This document shows, piece by piece, positions 50,088-61,831 of a stretch of DNA of 64,000 nucleotides (its first letter is position 1; each line of letters starts with the position of its first letter). The notes under the pieces are model-generated. The model did no database searches and was not told where the DNA came from. It worked only from the letters and a program-made list of their open reading frames with translations. The DNA is from Sphagnum compactum (Eukaryota), in NCBI GenBank assembly GCA_965153455.1, contig OZ234494.1, positions 5,952,001 through 6,016,000 of the forward strand, given 5' to 3'. The position numbers and the translations under genes are program-made.

Positions 50088-52398
50088 TCAGATCTTTTGC
50101 CTGTCCTGCTGCACTCGGGATTTCTTTGAGTTACGGGTTTTCAGTTTAGTTTGTACATTGAGGGATGCAGACTTCTGTGCAGGATTGGGGCCTGAAGCAT
50201 CTTGAAAATTGCTGTGCTGCTGCCGATCAGGATGGTAGCAGACTGGAGGCAGAGATTCATGAGGATCATAGAATTCGTCAGAGAGGTGTGGAGTTGAGCT
50301 TCGTGAGCACGGAGATGCATATTGTTCTCCATCTGAGCTTCTGCCAGCTACTGAAGTGTGGCTGTTTGTGTATTCCTGGTGCGGAATTGACTCATGTGAG
50401 TCAATGGACTTGAAACTGTCAGATCCATACTCAGCTCTAGCTGAAGCTCCTTGCCTTGCATGACCCCTCAGGTATGATGGAATTTGGCCTGGGGAAGTTT
50501 GTTGGTAATTTGGATCTGGATTAGGTTCCTGGGTCTGCTGTCGCTTCTGCTAATGTAACAACCAGCAGGTACCAATTCCACAATCTTAGAATGTTCAGTT
50601 GATCAATTACACAAGCACAACCCAGGTGTGTAATTGTACACATCATGACTCTTCAGAATAATTTCTGCAACTATCAGATATCTGATGATTACACAGCAAT
50701 ACAAAGTTATATGTTTGCTATTGTGATACAGCTCTAAAATCAAAGAGAATTATCTATTTTAATGGCATTTGGCAACATTAATTTCACCAGTTTTGAAGGG
50801 AAATAACTACTTTTGCAAAATGAATTAGGTTGGGTTTAGGTTGGGAGAATTGGGGCTCGCACCAGAGCATCACTGAAGAACACGAGAGCCATTCGGATCT
50901 GACCTCCAACTCTGCCAGAAGGGCGGATGACAGTAAAAGCTTGAATGGGTACAACATGGCCAGCATAAAATACCTTTTTGAATGATAAACTGCAAGCACA
51001 AACACAACATTACACACAAATAAAGGTGCTTGGAAATGCAATGTCACTACCCTTGATTGGTCTACAAGGTTCAGTGATACGAACTTTTGTTTTCTGCCAC
51101 TGCAGGCAGTATAGAGTCACCCATCTTGAAAGAGCTTTTTCTATCAAGTGCAAAAATCACCGAGAAACATGATGATACCTTGTGTATGCAATCTCGTCAT
51201 CAGCAGTGAGGATATTATGAGAGAAAATCTTGACACCGAGCTCTTGGCAGCTTCTGTCAATCTTGAACTTGACTGTTGTGTTCCAATATGGATTTGAGCC
51301 TCCGTCTACAGAGAAAACATTGGGGATTTTGCTGGTGGTATGTGAAACTCATGTCCATATTTCCTTTCATTTGCAACATAACCAAGACTACAAGCTACAT
51401 ACCACAATGACACCAACCCAGAATAGCATAGTGGTAGTAGGATACTCTTGAGGATTTTATACACTACCAATTTCTTCACAAATGAGATCCATCTAAAATA
51501 ACAGAAGATTGAACTCTCAGATGTCCTGCAGGTTGAGTGCTACAGGGATCGCACATCATAAGAAAGGTAAAGCACTACTACACTTATTACCAAAAGCTCA
51601 AGAGTGAAAAGACTAGTGTCATGAGGAAAATTTGAGATGCAGATGAGTCATTCTCTTACCCTTCTTGGATTTACTGCTGTTGTACCAAAGATGATCCACT
51701 ATACACTGCTCTAAAGAAGGGGGACAGCTGTAATGGGTTTAGAGGTCCTTGAACATGTGTGACAGGTTTCAAGGGGTGTTCTTGTTCACTTGGCCAAGGT
51801 CTTGTTCACTTGGCACAGTCCCTTTGTTCACTTGCCAAACCTAATAAAGGAGATCATAGAAAGAGTTTATACCTTGGGCAATTGGTGTTTTGGATTGTTG
51901 TGTTCCACACGTCAACACACAATATGGACTTGAATTGCCTGCAATCATTGACAACACCACAAACCTTTCATTGATGTTAATCCAAATCCAAACCATAAAC
52001 CTGCCTGTCCCTGCCATTTCTCCAAGTCATGCATGGGTGTGATCCATGGTGCACACTTCCCCCACATTCAGGCAATGAAGACCAGATGCAAAGATCATTT
52101 GAATGTAAATTGTTCCGGATTTTTTTAAAAACCCATACCGGATTTGCTATTGACAAGTTGTTATGAGAGGAGAAGTTTGCTCACATTTGAGCAGAGCTTA
52201 AAGGATGGATCACCATTCTTCAACCAGCGCAGAGAAACTTAAAAAAAGATGAGGGCTCAGTGGGCTCAGTGTCTGTGTATCTGACAGACAGACAGACAGA
52301 CAGACACAAGAAATAGGGAAAGAAAGTGTACCAAAAACACTGGTATTCTTTATGCCAAGAGCACCCTCCACATACACTTCCAGCTCTCCAAAAGGCAT
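50088..52398 (-). CDS. Single C2-domain (CaLB/ERG-like) protein with long disordered C-terminus, 5 exons, ~281 aa
   Basis: Exons 52398-52332, 51938-51873, 51305-51179, 50989-50863, 50546(or 50549)-50088, all GT-AG with matching phases. They give MPFGELEVYVEGALGIKNTSVFGNSSPYCVLTCGTQQSKTPIAQDGGSNPYWNTTVKFKIDRSCQELGVKIFSHNILTADDEIAYTSLSFKKVFYAGHVVPIQAFTVIRPSGRVGGQIRMALVFFSDAL plus a 152-codon S/P/Q-rich tail. Confidence 0.88.
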
Positions 52399-52795
52399 TT
52401 TGCTTCACTCCAAAAAGTTATGGATGAGAGTTCTGCTACCCTACTACCTAAGCCCCATCATCATCATCATGCCACCCATGGTACTAATCTATGAGAGAAG
52501 CTCTGGATCATCTCCTCCTCCTCCTCCTCCTCCTCCTCCTGTGTCTCTAAACCCTGGCATTAATGATCTAATGACAAGCAGCAGTAGTAACCATGACTTC
52601 CATCTTCAAACCCCACTGAGCACTACTACCACTACTACTACTCCCCCTTTCAAAACAGAAGAGAGAGTTTTGCAGCAAGGAATTTAAGAAATGTGCTAAT
52701 GATGGATGGATGGGTGGGTCCCCAAATCTCTCTCTCTCTCTCTCTCTCTACTTGCAAGAGAGCTACAATCATATATTTATTTATTTATTTATTTA

Positions 52796-53010
52796 ACCAA
52801 AATCCTTCAAGATATTATTATAACTCTATTATAACTAATCTCAAGTTTCAACACAATAGCCAAAATATATCATCTTTCAAAAATCCTCATATAAAAATAG
52901 ACTTATTATTTATTACCTAGGGGCCAAAATCCCTTGAGCTACTATACTCTATAATGAATCTAAACACAATATCCTTCTTGCCTTGGTAAGTAGTAGGCAA
53001 GGCCAACAAA
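52796..53010 (+). repeat. Dispersed ~330-bp element, 5'-truncated copy 3
   Basis: Same internal block and 3' GGCAAGGCCAACAAA end as 39521 and 42391. Confidence 0.8.
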
Positions 53011-53339
53011 GTATGAAATTTCTCCATTGTTTCTACACATTCAGTTCAAGCAAGTATTCAGGATATAAAACAATTTTTTTAATAAATTTCTATTTCCATA
53101 GTTGGTCTTATAGCCAAATGTGGCTAAATCTCCTTATGGATGATTGTCAATGTGGCAACATCACTAAATTTTTTAAAATAAAATAAAACATTGTGTCCTG
53201 GTGTGCAGCCTTTTTCTTTTCAGGCTAAATGTCACAAGTTGGCTTTTTTTATTATTAAAAAATTCCTTCAAAATGGCTTTCTAAAAAATGTGTGTTTTTC
53301 TTTTCGGTTATCTAATCGCCAAATTTCTCCAGTTTTTAA

Positions 53340-53387
<48 letters not shown>

Positions 53388-54009
53388 CCATATTTCTCTA
53401 TTGGGTTCTAGCATGTAGCCCAAAAACGTGAAGGAATCTTTTTCTTTTTCAAAAAATTACTTTCATATCCTATTTATGGCCAGATTTGGCTAAACTGCAT
53501 TATGGATTGATCGCAGTTCAGCGACATCACAAATACGAAGAAAAAAAGAGAGAGAGAGAGAGAGAAAAGAAGAAAAGCCCTGGGACTCATGTGACGATGA
53601 AACCAAAAATTCGAGAGCGCGCGGGAACGCAAAAACTTTGGTTGGTTGTGTGTGTGTGTGTGTGTGTGTGTGTATTTTGTGTGCATACCTTTGTGTTGGT
53701 GCGCGCGGTTATGTTGACAAGAATCCAGAAGGCAACCAAGCAACCGACCTGGACGCAAAAACGGTTGGTTTCACTCTTATTACTCTGCTGCTGCTGTAGA
53801 TTGATTGTTGATTCCCAAATAGATTGAATTTCTATTCCGGGTCAGCTAGCAAGCAATCTAGCTAGCTAGCTGCAGCTGGGATCCGCCAATGCACGTTCCA
53901 AATCATTCCCGATCAGATCTCCGAAAATCGTAGACCACCACCACCCACGGGCCACGACGCCGCTGCTCCAACAAATACAACCGCCAAACTGCAACCACAT
54001 GCATTCTAC

Positions 54010-54612
54010 CGTCTCTACGCGGCTATACGGTCGAGCGCATCACCCTTACGCGACTATACCGTCGAATTGTACGATAGTATACGGTTGAATGCATCTGGTA
54101 TGCACCCATTATATGATACTATATGGTTGAATGTATCTACCATATATGCGAATGTACAATCCAATGCACCCATTATACGATACTATATGGTTAATGCATC
54201 TACCATGTATGCGAATGTATGATTGAATGCACCTATTATAAGATACTATACGGTCGAATGCATCTACCATATATGTGAATGTAAGATCGAATGCACCTAT
54301 TATAAAATTTTATATAGTTGATGCACCTCCCATGTATGCGAATGTATGATCAAATGCACCTATTATATGATACTATATGGTCGAATGCATCTACCATATA
54401 TGTGAATGTAAGATCGAATGCACCTATTATAAAATTTTATACAGTTGATGCACCTCCCATGTATGCGAATGTATGATCGAATGCACCTATTATATGATAC
54501 TACTATATGGTCGAATGCATCTACCATATATGCAAATGTATGATCGAATGCACTTATAATACAATACTATATGGTCGAACGCATCTATCATATGCGACTA
54601 TACAAGCGAATG
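54010..54612. repeat. Tandem array (~29-bp subunits, ~60-65-bp higher-order unit) at the 5' side of the Helentron remnant
   Basis: TATATGGTCGAATGCATCTACCATATATG.GAATGTA.GATCGAATGCACCTATTATA repeated ~9 times. Confidence 0.9.
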
Positions 54613-54619
54613 CTTCTGA

Positions 54620-57600
54620 TTTTTTTTCATCACTAAATTCCAAAATTGTCGGAACAAACATGACATGGACTTTTATGGATAAAAAATACACCTATGTATG
54701 GAATGCACACAAATGAAGAAATTGAAAAGTTTGTAGACATGTATATTTTTTGTGATGTATCATTGTTACCAAACCTATTACAAAACGCACAACAACATTA
54801 ACACACACATACATGTAAAGAAAAAAAACCATGTTGTTTGTATATTTCATTACCCATTGCCTCCTATGTGTGAAACAAAAGTCTTAGAACCTTTTCAAAT
54901 AAATGGAAATTATCCATTTTCATAATAATACCTCCAAACACAAGCAAACAAAATATTTCAATCTTTAAAAGATTTAAAAGAAAATGATGATATATCATTT
55001 TTTGAATATCTAAATTTTTTAAACCTTGATGAAAATACATGTATATTAAGTTTGAGAAGTAAATTAACAAAGATGTACACTTTTTTAAAACGAACTCCTA
55101 AAAACATAAAAATTAATGCATTTAGTATATTTGTTGTTCATTTGTGGTTTGCAAATACAAATATTCAATTTATCTTGGACCCATATGTAGTTGCAACATA
55201 TTGCACATCATATATGACAAAAATAGATAAATCAATAGCATAAGAACTACATTTTATCATAAAAAAATATAGATGCAAATATAAGAATTCAAAAGTTAGG
55301 TAATGTTTTTCTTAATGCCCAACAAATGGTTGTTCAACTTGTTGTTTACCTTGTGTTTTCTTTACCATTATATTATTCATCTTGAACATTTCAATTCATA
55401 AATACTTCTCTTTCTGAAGAACGTGTTTTTGTGTTAAAATCACAAGTTGTATTAAATGAATTGGAACTAAATTCAACTGATGTAATGTGTTCATTGATCA
55501 TAGACAAATATATTAATCGTCCTAATCAATACGAATCGTTGTCATTAGCATAATTTAGTTTTTTTTATAACATTAAAAGAAATAAGATTTCAAAACATCA
55601 CAAACCCAAATTATTAGGTTTGTAAATTATGATAAATATGATGATATTGAAAATTAATCGAAAAAACAAATTCTATTGTATTCAGCATTTTGAAATTCAA
55701 AAAACTCCCAACTTGGAACTATTGTAACCTTGCATGATGCATATTGTCAACAATATGATGACATTTTAAAGATTAAATTGATTTTCAACTACCAAATGCC
55801 ATATCCAAATATAAAAGAAATGAATGATTCAATATATTCAAAATCAAAACCATTACATTCAATTAACATTTGGACTGACGATAAGGATAATGAAGTAAAT
55901 GATCCATGTCATACAATTCTTGTAACAAACACAATCAATATTGAACACTATGATTTACGATCTGACTTTGTTATTCAAACATGTAATGGATCAAACCAAA
56001 AATCACAATTTCTAGAAGATGAAAATTTCACAAAATCATCATATTCCATGATGATAGAAGAATTTGAATATTGTAGTTTACTTATACAATTAAATGAAGA
56101 ACAATAATTAAAATTTGTTAATGGTATGCATGGAAAGCAATTATACCCTGATACACTAATATGTTTATTTTTGACAAAGGGTAAAATTTTTACCTGGAAA
56201 CTCATAATTCAAAGATTATTATGATTATATAATAGAGACATATGTTTTGACTTAACAAAAACCAAGGCTTTACTTATAGCATCAACATGTAAAACTACCT
56301 TGAATATTGACGGTTTAATAATACATTCAACATTAAACATATTTTTCCAATAATCCTTATCTAGTTTACCAAACTTATCATCAGATTCATTAAATAGGTT
56401 TACATGTTGATATGAACAATTAAAATTTGTTGTGATAAATGAAATCACTTATTGGTGCTATAATGTTTAATGTTATAGACAATAGGCTAAGATCCATAAA
56501 ACACATTCAATTTATTTTTTTGGTGGTGTTGATGTTATCATGATAAGTGATTTTTATTACGCACCCCTTATGAAAAATAGTTAGACTTTCAAAATACAAA
56601 AGATAATGTTAATGCACTAACACCAAATTTTTGGCAAACATATGTCGAATGTTATGCACAAGTTTATTTGTATAAAATAAATACATAATAGTAAAATTAT
56701 TGGGTGGTTGTTGATTACAAGTTGAATTTATAAATTTAATATCCTTTGTATTTTTTGTTGCAATACAAAATTTGTTCATAGTTTGTATGAAGACCATATT
56801 AGATTGTCGCATGTTTTCACTAAATGAAAATGTGTTCACTAACATATTAAGTCCCATGTTTATTTTCAAAGCAATGGACATCAACCATCAATCATGCCCA
56901 CCATCCTATAAACTTTCAAATGATCCGAATAAAACTACAGGTTTGCATTCTACAATTAATATAAATATATATATGTTGGTTGAATTATGTGCTGGTAACT
57001 ATGCAACATTTGATGGTTTTGTGAATGGAGTTGATGGCACTTTTAAAACATCAACAACATATTGTGAAAAAATCATTATATGGATAATGTTTTAGAATTC
57101 TAAAATTGGAAAACTAACAAGAGAAAAATATAATCATTATTATGACAACATTGAATCAAAATGGACACCAATTGAACTTATCATCAAAGATATAAAAGTT
57201 GGTAAATCCTAATCATTTATCATAATAAGGATTCAATTTACAATTCAACTTGCAGCAACAAAAACCATTCATCGTTCTCAGGGATTATCACTAGATGAAT
57301 TGGTTTTTGATCCCACTAACGTTAAAAAACATGGGTTAACATATACAACATTATCCCACATTCGAATAAAAGAAAAACTATTTTTGTTAGTTCCTCTCTA
57401 ACATGAATTTTTTTATGTGGATGCAATAGGACATGTAGAAATGAATAGATTGAAATAATTGCAATTTGGATACCATTGATTCCTCAATTTAAAAACTTAC
57501 ATAATTCTCATGTAATTTTCAAAGCCTTGAATACAACTTCTTTATGCTAACATTACGAAAACATCAATCATGATATAACCTTCAAATGTTTCATATCTTA

Positions 57601-58206
57601 TGTCTTATAGAAACAAGAATACACCATGAATCAACAGATGTGCACAAATTTATAAATTCATCAAAGTATTCATATATTTCAATCCATGATGATCATGGGT
57701 TAATGATGATGTATGTATGACATACACATGCATTTAAATTTCTTCAATATAATGACTAGTGATGGTTCAGAATATATAATAACAACTTTTAATACTAATA
57801 CACGAAAATTAATGTATATTGTATGTGTGTATATAGCTCATTCATGTTCAATTTCTACATTTCTAAAAAAATTTCAAATTATAATTCAACAATCTCATGA
57901 ACATTGTCCAATCATCATTATGGGAGATTTTAATGTTGACATTTTAAAAGACAATAATCAACAAAAAAAAACAAGAATTATTATATTTCATGGATAAATT
58001 TCAATTAAAATCAAAATTTAATGAAACACCACAAAAGATGGATCTCAATTAGACCATATATGGCCAAATACCCCTAGGAATGAATGCAAATATGGTGTAA
58101 TAGAAGCATATTAGTCAAATTTCACAAACTGATTTATATTGCATTCAAATTACCAAACACACTTCCAATGTATAACAAAAAACCATTGATGTCACCATTT
58201 ATTTAA
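54620..58206 (+). mobile_element. Decayed Helentron/Helitron2-type rolling-circle transposon: Rep (HUH-Y2) + PIF1 helicase + AP endonuclease
   Basis: Across stops and frameshifts: Rep motif II FITKFQNCRNKHD/HGLLWIK, H*HTHTCK..C.FHYPLPP and motif III NIQFILDPYVVATYCTSYMTK. Helicase LNEEQ, INEIS, FGGVDVIMISDF, DGFVNG, IQLAATKTIHRSQGLSLD, GLTYTTLS. Endonuclease ALNTTSL, HILCLIET, IIIMGDFNVD, GSQLDHIW. Confidence 0.88.
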
Positions 58207-58917
58207 AGTGTAACATTTGTGAAAATATGCATGTAAATGTTGCATTTTCCACCTAATTAATTAATCCCAAAATGTTGGCACCTTGTGGCTTGAATTTGCA
58301 TTTCTACATTTTCTTTCATGGACCATGTGCAAAAACAATTTGTAAATATCAATACCAAGACAAAAAAATTTTGAATGATTGTTCTATCCACACGTACACC
58401 CATCGAACATCGTAACAACACACCTTTCATGGAAAACCTAAACCCAAAATGCAACAAAAAAAATTATAAAAAATGCCAAATTTTCAAACTTCAAAATGAA
58501 AATGAGACTAAAGATAAAATTCTTTCCATGTAAATTATATCCATTCAATCTTGATGTTTATTTCAAACATCGAAATAGTCATGCACATTGCTAAAACTTG
58601 TCTACATTATTTTCTTAAACAATGTAATTAATCACAACTTTACATTCATTGGCATGGTTAAAGAAAAGACAATGGAACTATGGTTTCAATTTCTAAACAT
58701 GATGTACAATGAATTCTAAGATGGTTAAAAAAACTTTATTTTTTAGTACAAATGTGAATTTTTTTTTTTAATGATCTTTCATAAAGCCAACAAACTTTCA
58801 TCCAATATAACTTGAGTTCATAAGAGAACATTAAATGTAATACCTTATTTGCTTGTTCTTTCTTTCCCCCCTTGTTGGGTGCTTTGTTTAATGAAATTTG
58901 CCAGGGTTTCATCAATT

Positions 58918-58951
<34 letters not shown>

Positions 58952-59289
58952 TCAATGATGCTACATCTCTCCATGGGGAGAGTCGATGTATCATTGGAGA
59001 GTTGAGTTACTCGCCCTAAAGAAATCAACAACGAGAAAAATCCTCCTCTTTGGCCAAGACTGAAGCCAAATGGAAAATAATAGAAAAGAAAGGATTTTGG
59101 TGTTAAAAAAAAAACGGTAGGAAGATAAACTAGACCAAAAAAAAGGGTAGGTAGGTAGGTAGGTAAGTAGGTAAGTAGGTAGGTACAACTATTTTATGAT
59201 TCTTCATGGCTGGTGTGACTCAGCACCCACAAACACACCACCCTGTTTTCCCATTTTGAGGCCATCCAGTTGCATGAACCCCAATTTTA

Positions 59290-59490
59290 GAACTCTATTA
59301 TAACTCTATTATAACTAATCTTTAAGTTTCAACAACACAAGCCAAAATATGGGCTTTCAAAAAACCCTCTTATAAAAATAGAGCTATTATTATTACCTGG
59401 GGGCCAAAAATCCATTAAGCTACCATACTCTATAATGAATCTAAACACAATAATATCCTTAAGGGCCTTGGTAGTAGGCAAGGCCAAAAA
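59290..59490 (+). repeat. Dispersed ~330-bp element, 5'-truncated copy 4 (short extra 3' end at 59678-59722)
   Basis: Same internal block and 3' hairpin/GGCAAGGCC end. Confidence 0.8.
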
Positions 59491-61831
59491 AAGTGTCTTG
59501 TTCATCCATGTGAGTGAATGAACCATTTCATAACCTTCTTGTAGATGGATGAAAAAAACATATGAAACCTCATAATATGAGTGGTGATGAAAAATTGTGT
59601 AGCCTCTTTTGTTCACAAATGGATGAAACAAAAAACATATAACCTTCCTCTCCATGGACAAAAATCCATAACCATTTCTCTAAACACAATATCCTTGCCT
59701 ACTACCAAGGCAAGGCCAACACAAGAAAAAGAGGGAGAGGTTATATGCATTGTGAGAGATGATGGGAGGGTCAATCAGAAGCTTGAAAGTTTGTGAACAG
59801 AAGAAGCAGAAGGTTATGTAGTACATAAATACCTGACCATGTGAGGAAATCCTCCTCTTCAGTCAAGACTGAAGCCAAGGGAGAAGAAGAAGAAGAAGAA
59901 GAAGAAGAAGAGGGGCAGGTTGGTAGGTTTTAAAAAAAAGGTGTAGGTAGGTAATCATCAGCAACAGCTACTATTTTTATGATTCTTCCCTCTGTTTTCT
60001 CCCTTTTGTGCTTTCAAAGTGGAACCCACTGAAGACCCACACCAAAGTCAACCCACCCAGCTCCTTCCAAAACTCTCTCTCCCAAATGGGTTTTCAAAAT
60101 GGCCAAGATTTTGAAGAGGAAAAACCCAGCAGCTATGATCTTTAGTAGCTTAGACACAGTTGTAAGCAAGTTTTTTTTTGGGTTGGGTTGCTGATGTTGC
60201 TTCAAGTTAATGATGATGATGATGCTTGTTGGTTGTTGTTGGTGATAATGATGGTGTCTGTTTTTGCTCCAAGGCTTTTTACATAAGCGTTTGTTTGCAG
60301 AAGATTATTTCTTGGGGTTGCAGCTACAGAACAGCAAGCAGTATTTCTTTGAGTGGTGCAATGGGTTGTTTGCATTTCTATTACTATTGTACTGAATTTG
60401 AGCAGTAGCATCAAGAGCAGTTTTTGTTTGGGTAATGGAAATGGGTTATCTGTTTTGTGAGGTGTTGTTATAAATGTCTGTTCCAAAACTAGAGCACCAT
60501 TTTGTCTTTACATATTCAGAGTCATCATCATCATTATATCACAATACATTCCAGCTTGGTGTGGGAATTGTTCATCACAAGTTCTGGTTTGGTGATATGC
60601 TTTGTTGCTTGCTTTGGAGTTAAAAAAGTTCTTTGTTTTTTGAGGGATGCAAATTTAGGGTTTTCATCTTAGGGTGTAGCAGGCTTTGCAGTTGTTGTTG
60701 CCATTGCTATTTTGCCATTTTGTGTGTGTTTTGGAAGGATAATTCTTGCATACTGGTGTGGGTTTGTGAGGGGGGTTTTTTTTGGGGGGGGGTGGTTGTT
60801 GTTGAAGGTAGAAGCCTTGGGTGGGGCAGCGTTTGTTTGGAAGGGAAGAAGCTGTTCTGTTTTTGTGGCAGAGGATTCATTCTATGTGTGTGAAAAAGAT
60901 TGGACAAGATTCTGCAGCACATCAGGTTGGGTTAATAAGCTTTTGGGTTGAAGGCAGAAAGAAGCTCGAGGTCCACTAGGTGAGTAGCCATTTTGGGTTT
61001 AATGCAGGAGCTTTGGGTGGGGAGGAGGCACTGGGTGGTGTGCAGAGTATAGCAGCTGGTGGTGGAGACAGACAAAACAGGATTTGCTTCTGTTGCAGTG
61101 TAAATGTCCATTGTTTTGCAGTGGTTATTATCACTTGGGAGGTGAGAAGGAGATGGAATTCAGCTTTGAGCAAGGCTCCAGAATTGGTGCAACTGCCCTC
61201 TGCATTTCCTTGTCTGCCTGTCTCTCCACTTTAGGACTACGAGCCATATCCTAGTGAAGTCTCTGATTGGGATTAAAAATGAATCCAGGATCACTCAGTG
61301 GCGGTTGTGAAATTGGATGAGGATCTTCACTGATGCTTGGAGGTTCAGTAGATCTATAGACAGAGCATGTGTTTCTTGCAATGTAACATGATGGCTGTTA
61401 GCGTAATGCAGGGAGTATTTAGGTAGATAGAAAATTGCAAAGATTGATAAGGCAAAAGGACAAGTTATATCTGGGCAATGTTGGGTATGAAGCCAATGAT
61501 TCTGCAGGGAATGACAACCCTGGAATTCATACCCAGAGACTCACAGCAGGAGTCAAGGTGGTGAATGCACGTGAAGAGTTATTGAACAGCCGAGGATCAA
61601 GTGTGGACTTGCAAATGCCCACTTTGTTTTGGTTCTGAGCAGAGAGGTCGTGGGAAGACAATTGCTCCCAAAAAGAAAAGATCCGGTAATCTTATATACC
61701 CTGTATGGCTCTTTGTTTTGGACAAATCTTCATGATAAGAGACATAAGCAACAAACTTCAACTACAATATTGTGGAAATGCATAGTGTTCTGAAAAAGGT
61801 TGATGGTTGGTTGTGCCGAGATGCAGAAACA

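Noticed and set aside
50974..51099. Alternative micro-exon or extra-exon models for the C2 gene
   Set aside because: The single exon 50989-50863 gives a better C2 alignment (KKVF..G...PSGRVGGQIRMAL) with normal intron lengths.
54010..54612. Regular short repeats superficially like a CRISPR array (also 1595-2010 and 40719-41158)
   Set aside because: No unique spacers, no cas genes and a eukaryotic context; these are ordinary tandem repeats.
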